From Octopus bimaculoides (lineage: Eukaryota): a stretch of 34,955 nucleotides of DNA. The stretch lies in assembly GCF_001194135.2 (NCBI RefSeq), contig NC_068986.1:24109909-24144863 (forward strand). Reading direction: 5' to 3'. This document shows positions 34,330 through 34,955 of the stretch, piece after piece. Under the pieces are notes generated by a model. That model ran no database searches, was not told the origin of the DNA, and saw only the letters and a program-made list of their open reading frames with translations. Position 1 is the first letter of the stretch. Each line of letters opens with the position of its first letter. The translations under genes and the position numbers were made by a program.

Positions 34330-34911
34330 TTCAAAGATTTTTTCGTTTATTGCTTAAAATACGACAACAGCTTCATTGGTTTATAACCTTCCCCATGTGA
34401 CTAATCAATCTGCACTAGCAGTTATAACGATCGAGTATGCTACACGTGAAAAGAAAGAAAATGATTGTCATTTCAACTCCCCTAAACACATGAATAGTGT
34501 GCTATTAGACGAAACCTAATATAAGGACAATGTTTTGTTGTTTACTGATAAAGCCAACGATACATGACTGGCACTGTAACATATTGGATTTTGTACCTAA
34601 TACGCTATGTTAACATATCAATGGTGTAGCGGAGGTTATTTAATACGTAAGACTTCTCTCCAGCACTATTAAGATATCTTGGTAAACGACTATGTGCAGT
34701 GTGAAAACGAAAATAATTGAAATATCTTGGAAAAGACTAATTTTAGCTGATGGAAAACGGATACTTTCTATATACAAAAGTTAATGTGTGTATGTATGTT
34801 TATGTATATATATATATATATCTGGAAGGTGATGCTCCATTTATCATATGATGCTTAGCTCTTCAGCTTAGGAATAAAAGTATGTATTGAATACGTGTAT
34901 ATATGTGAATG

Positions 34912-34955
<44 letters not shown>

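Overview
AT-rich, microsatellite-dense animal genomic DNA with 7 assembly gaps. The SINE, mariner and Dong families match what I recall from Octopus, but the taxon is an inference. There is no intact protein-coding gene, rRNA, true tRNA or CRISPR array. Most six-frame ORFs are microsatellite or N-run artefacts, or pieces of dead transposon ORFs. The window is a layered transposon graveyard: four mariner (D34D) remnants plus a mariner-type MITE, several tRNA-headed SINEs, R4/Dong-like LINE pieces sitting in (AAT)n arrays, two L1/Tx1-like elements and several Penelope-like element (PLE) fragments. Three observations stand out. (1) A tRNA-headed (Pol III) SINE at 18400-18678 has a PLE pLTR-derived tail carrying a foldable minimal hammerhead ribozyme. 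(2) An internally deleted Tx1-like LINE at 24493-26057 is inserted between the A and B boxes of a SINE with a TTGCTTACC target-site duplication. (3) A second, unrelated hammerhead lies at 117-161. All family assignments come from motifs I recognised by eye; no database search was run.
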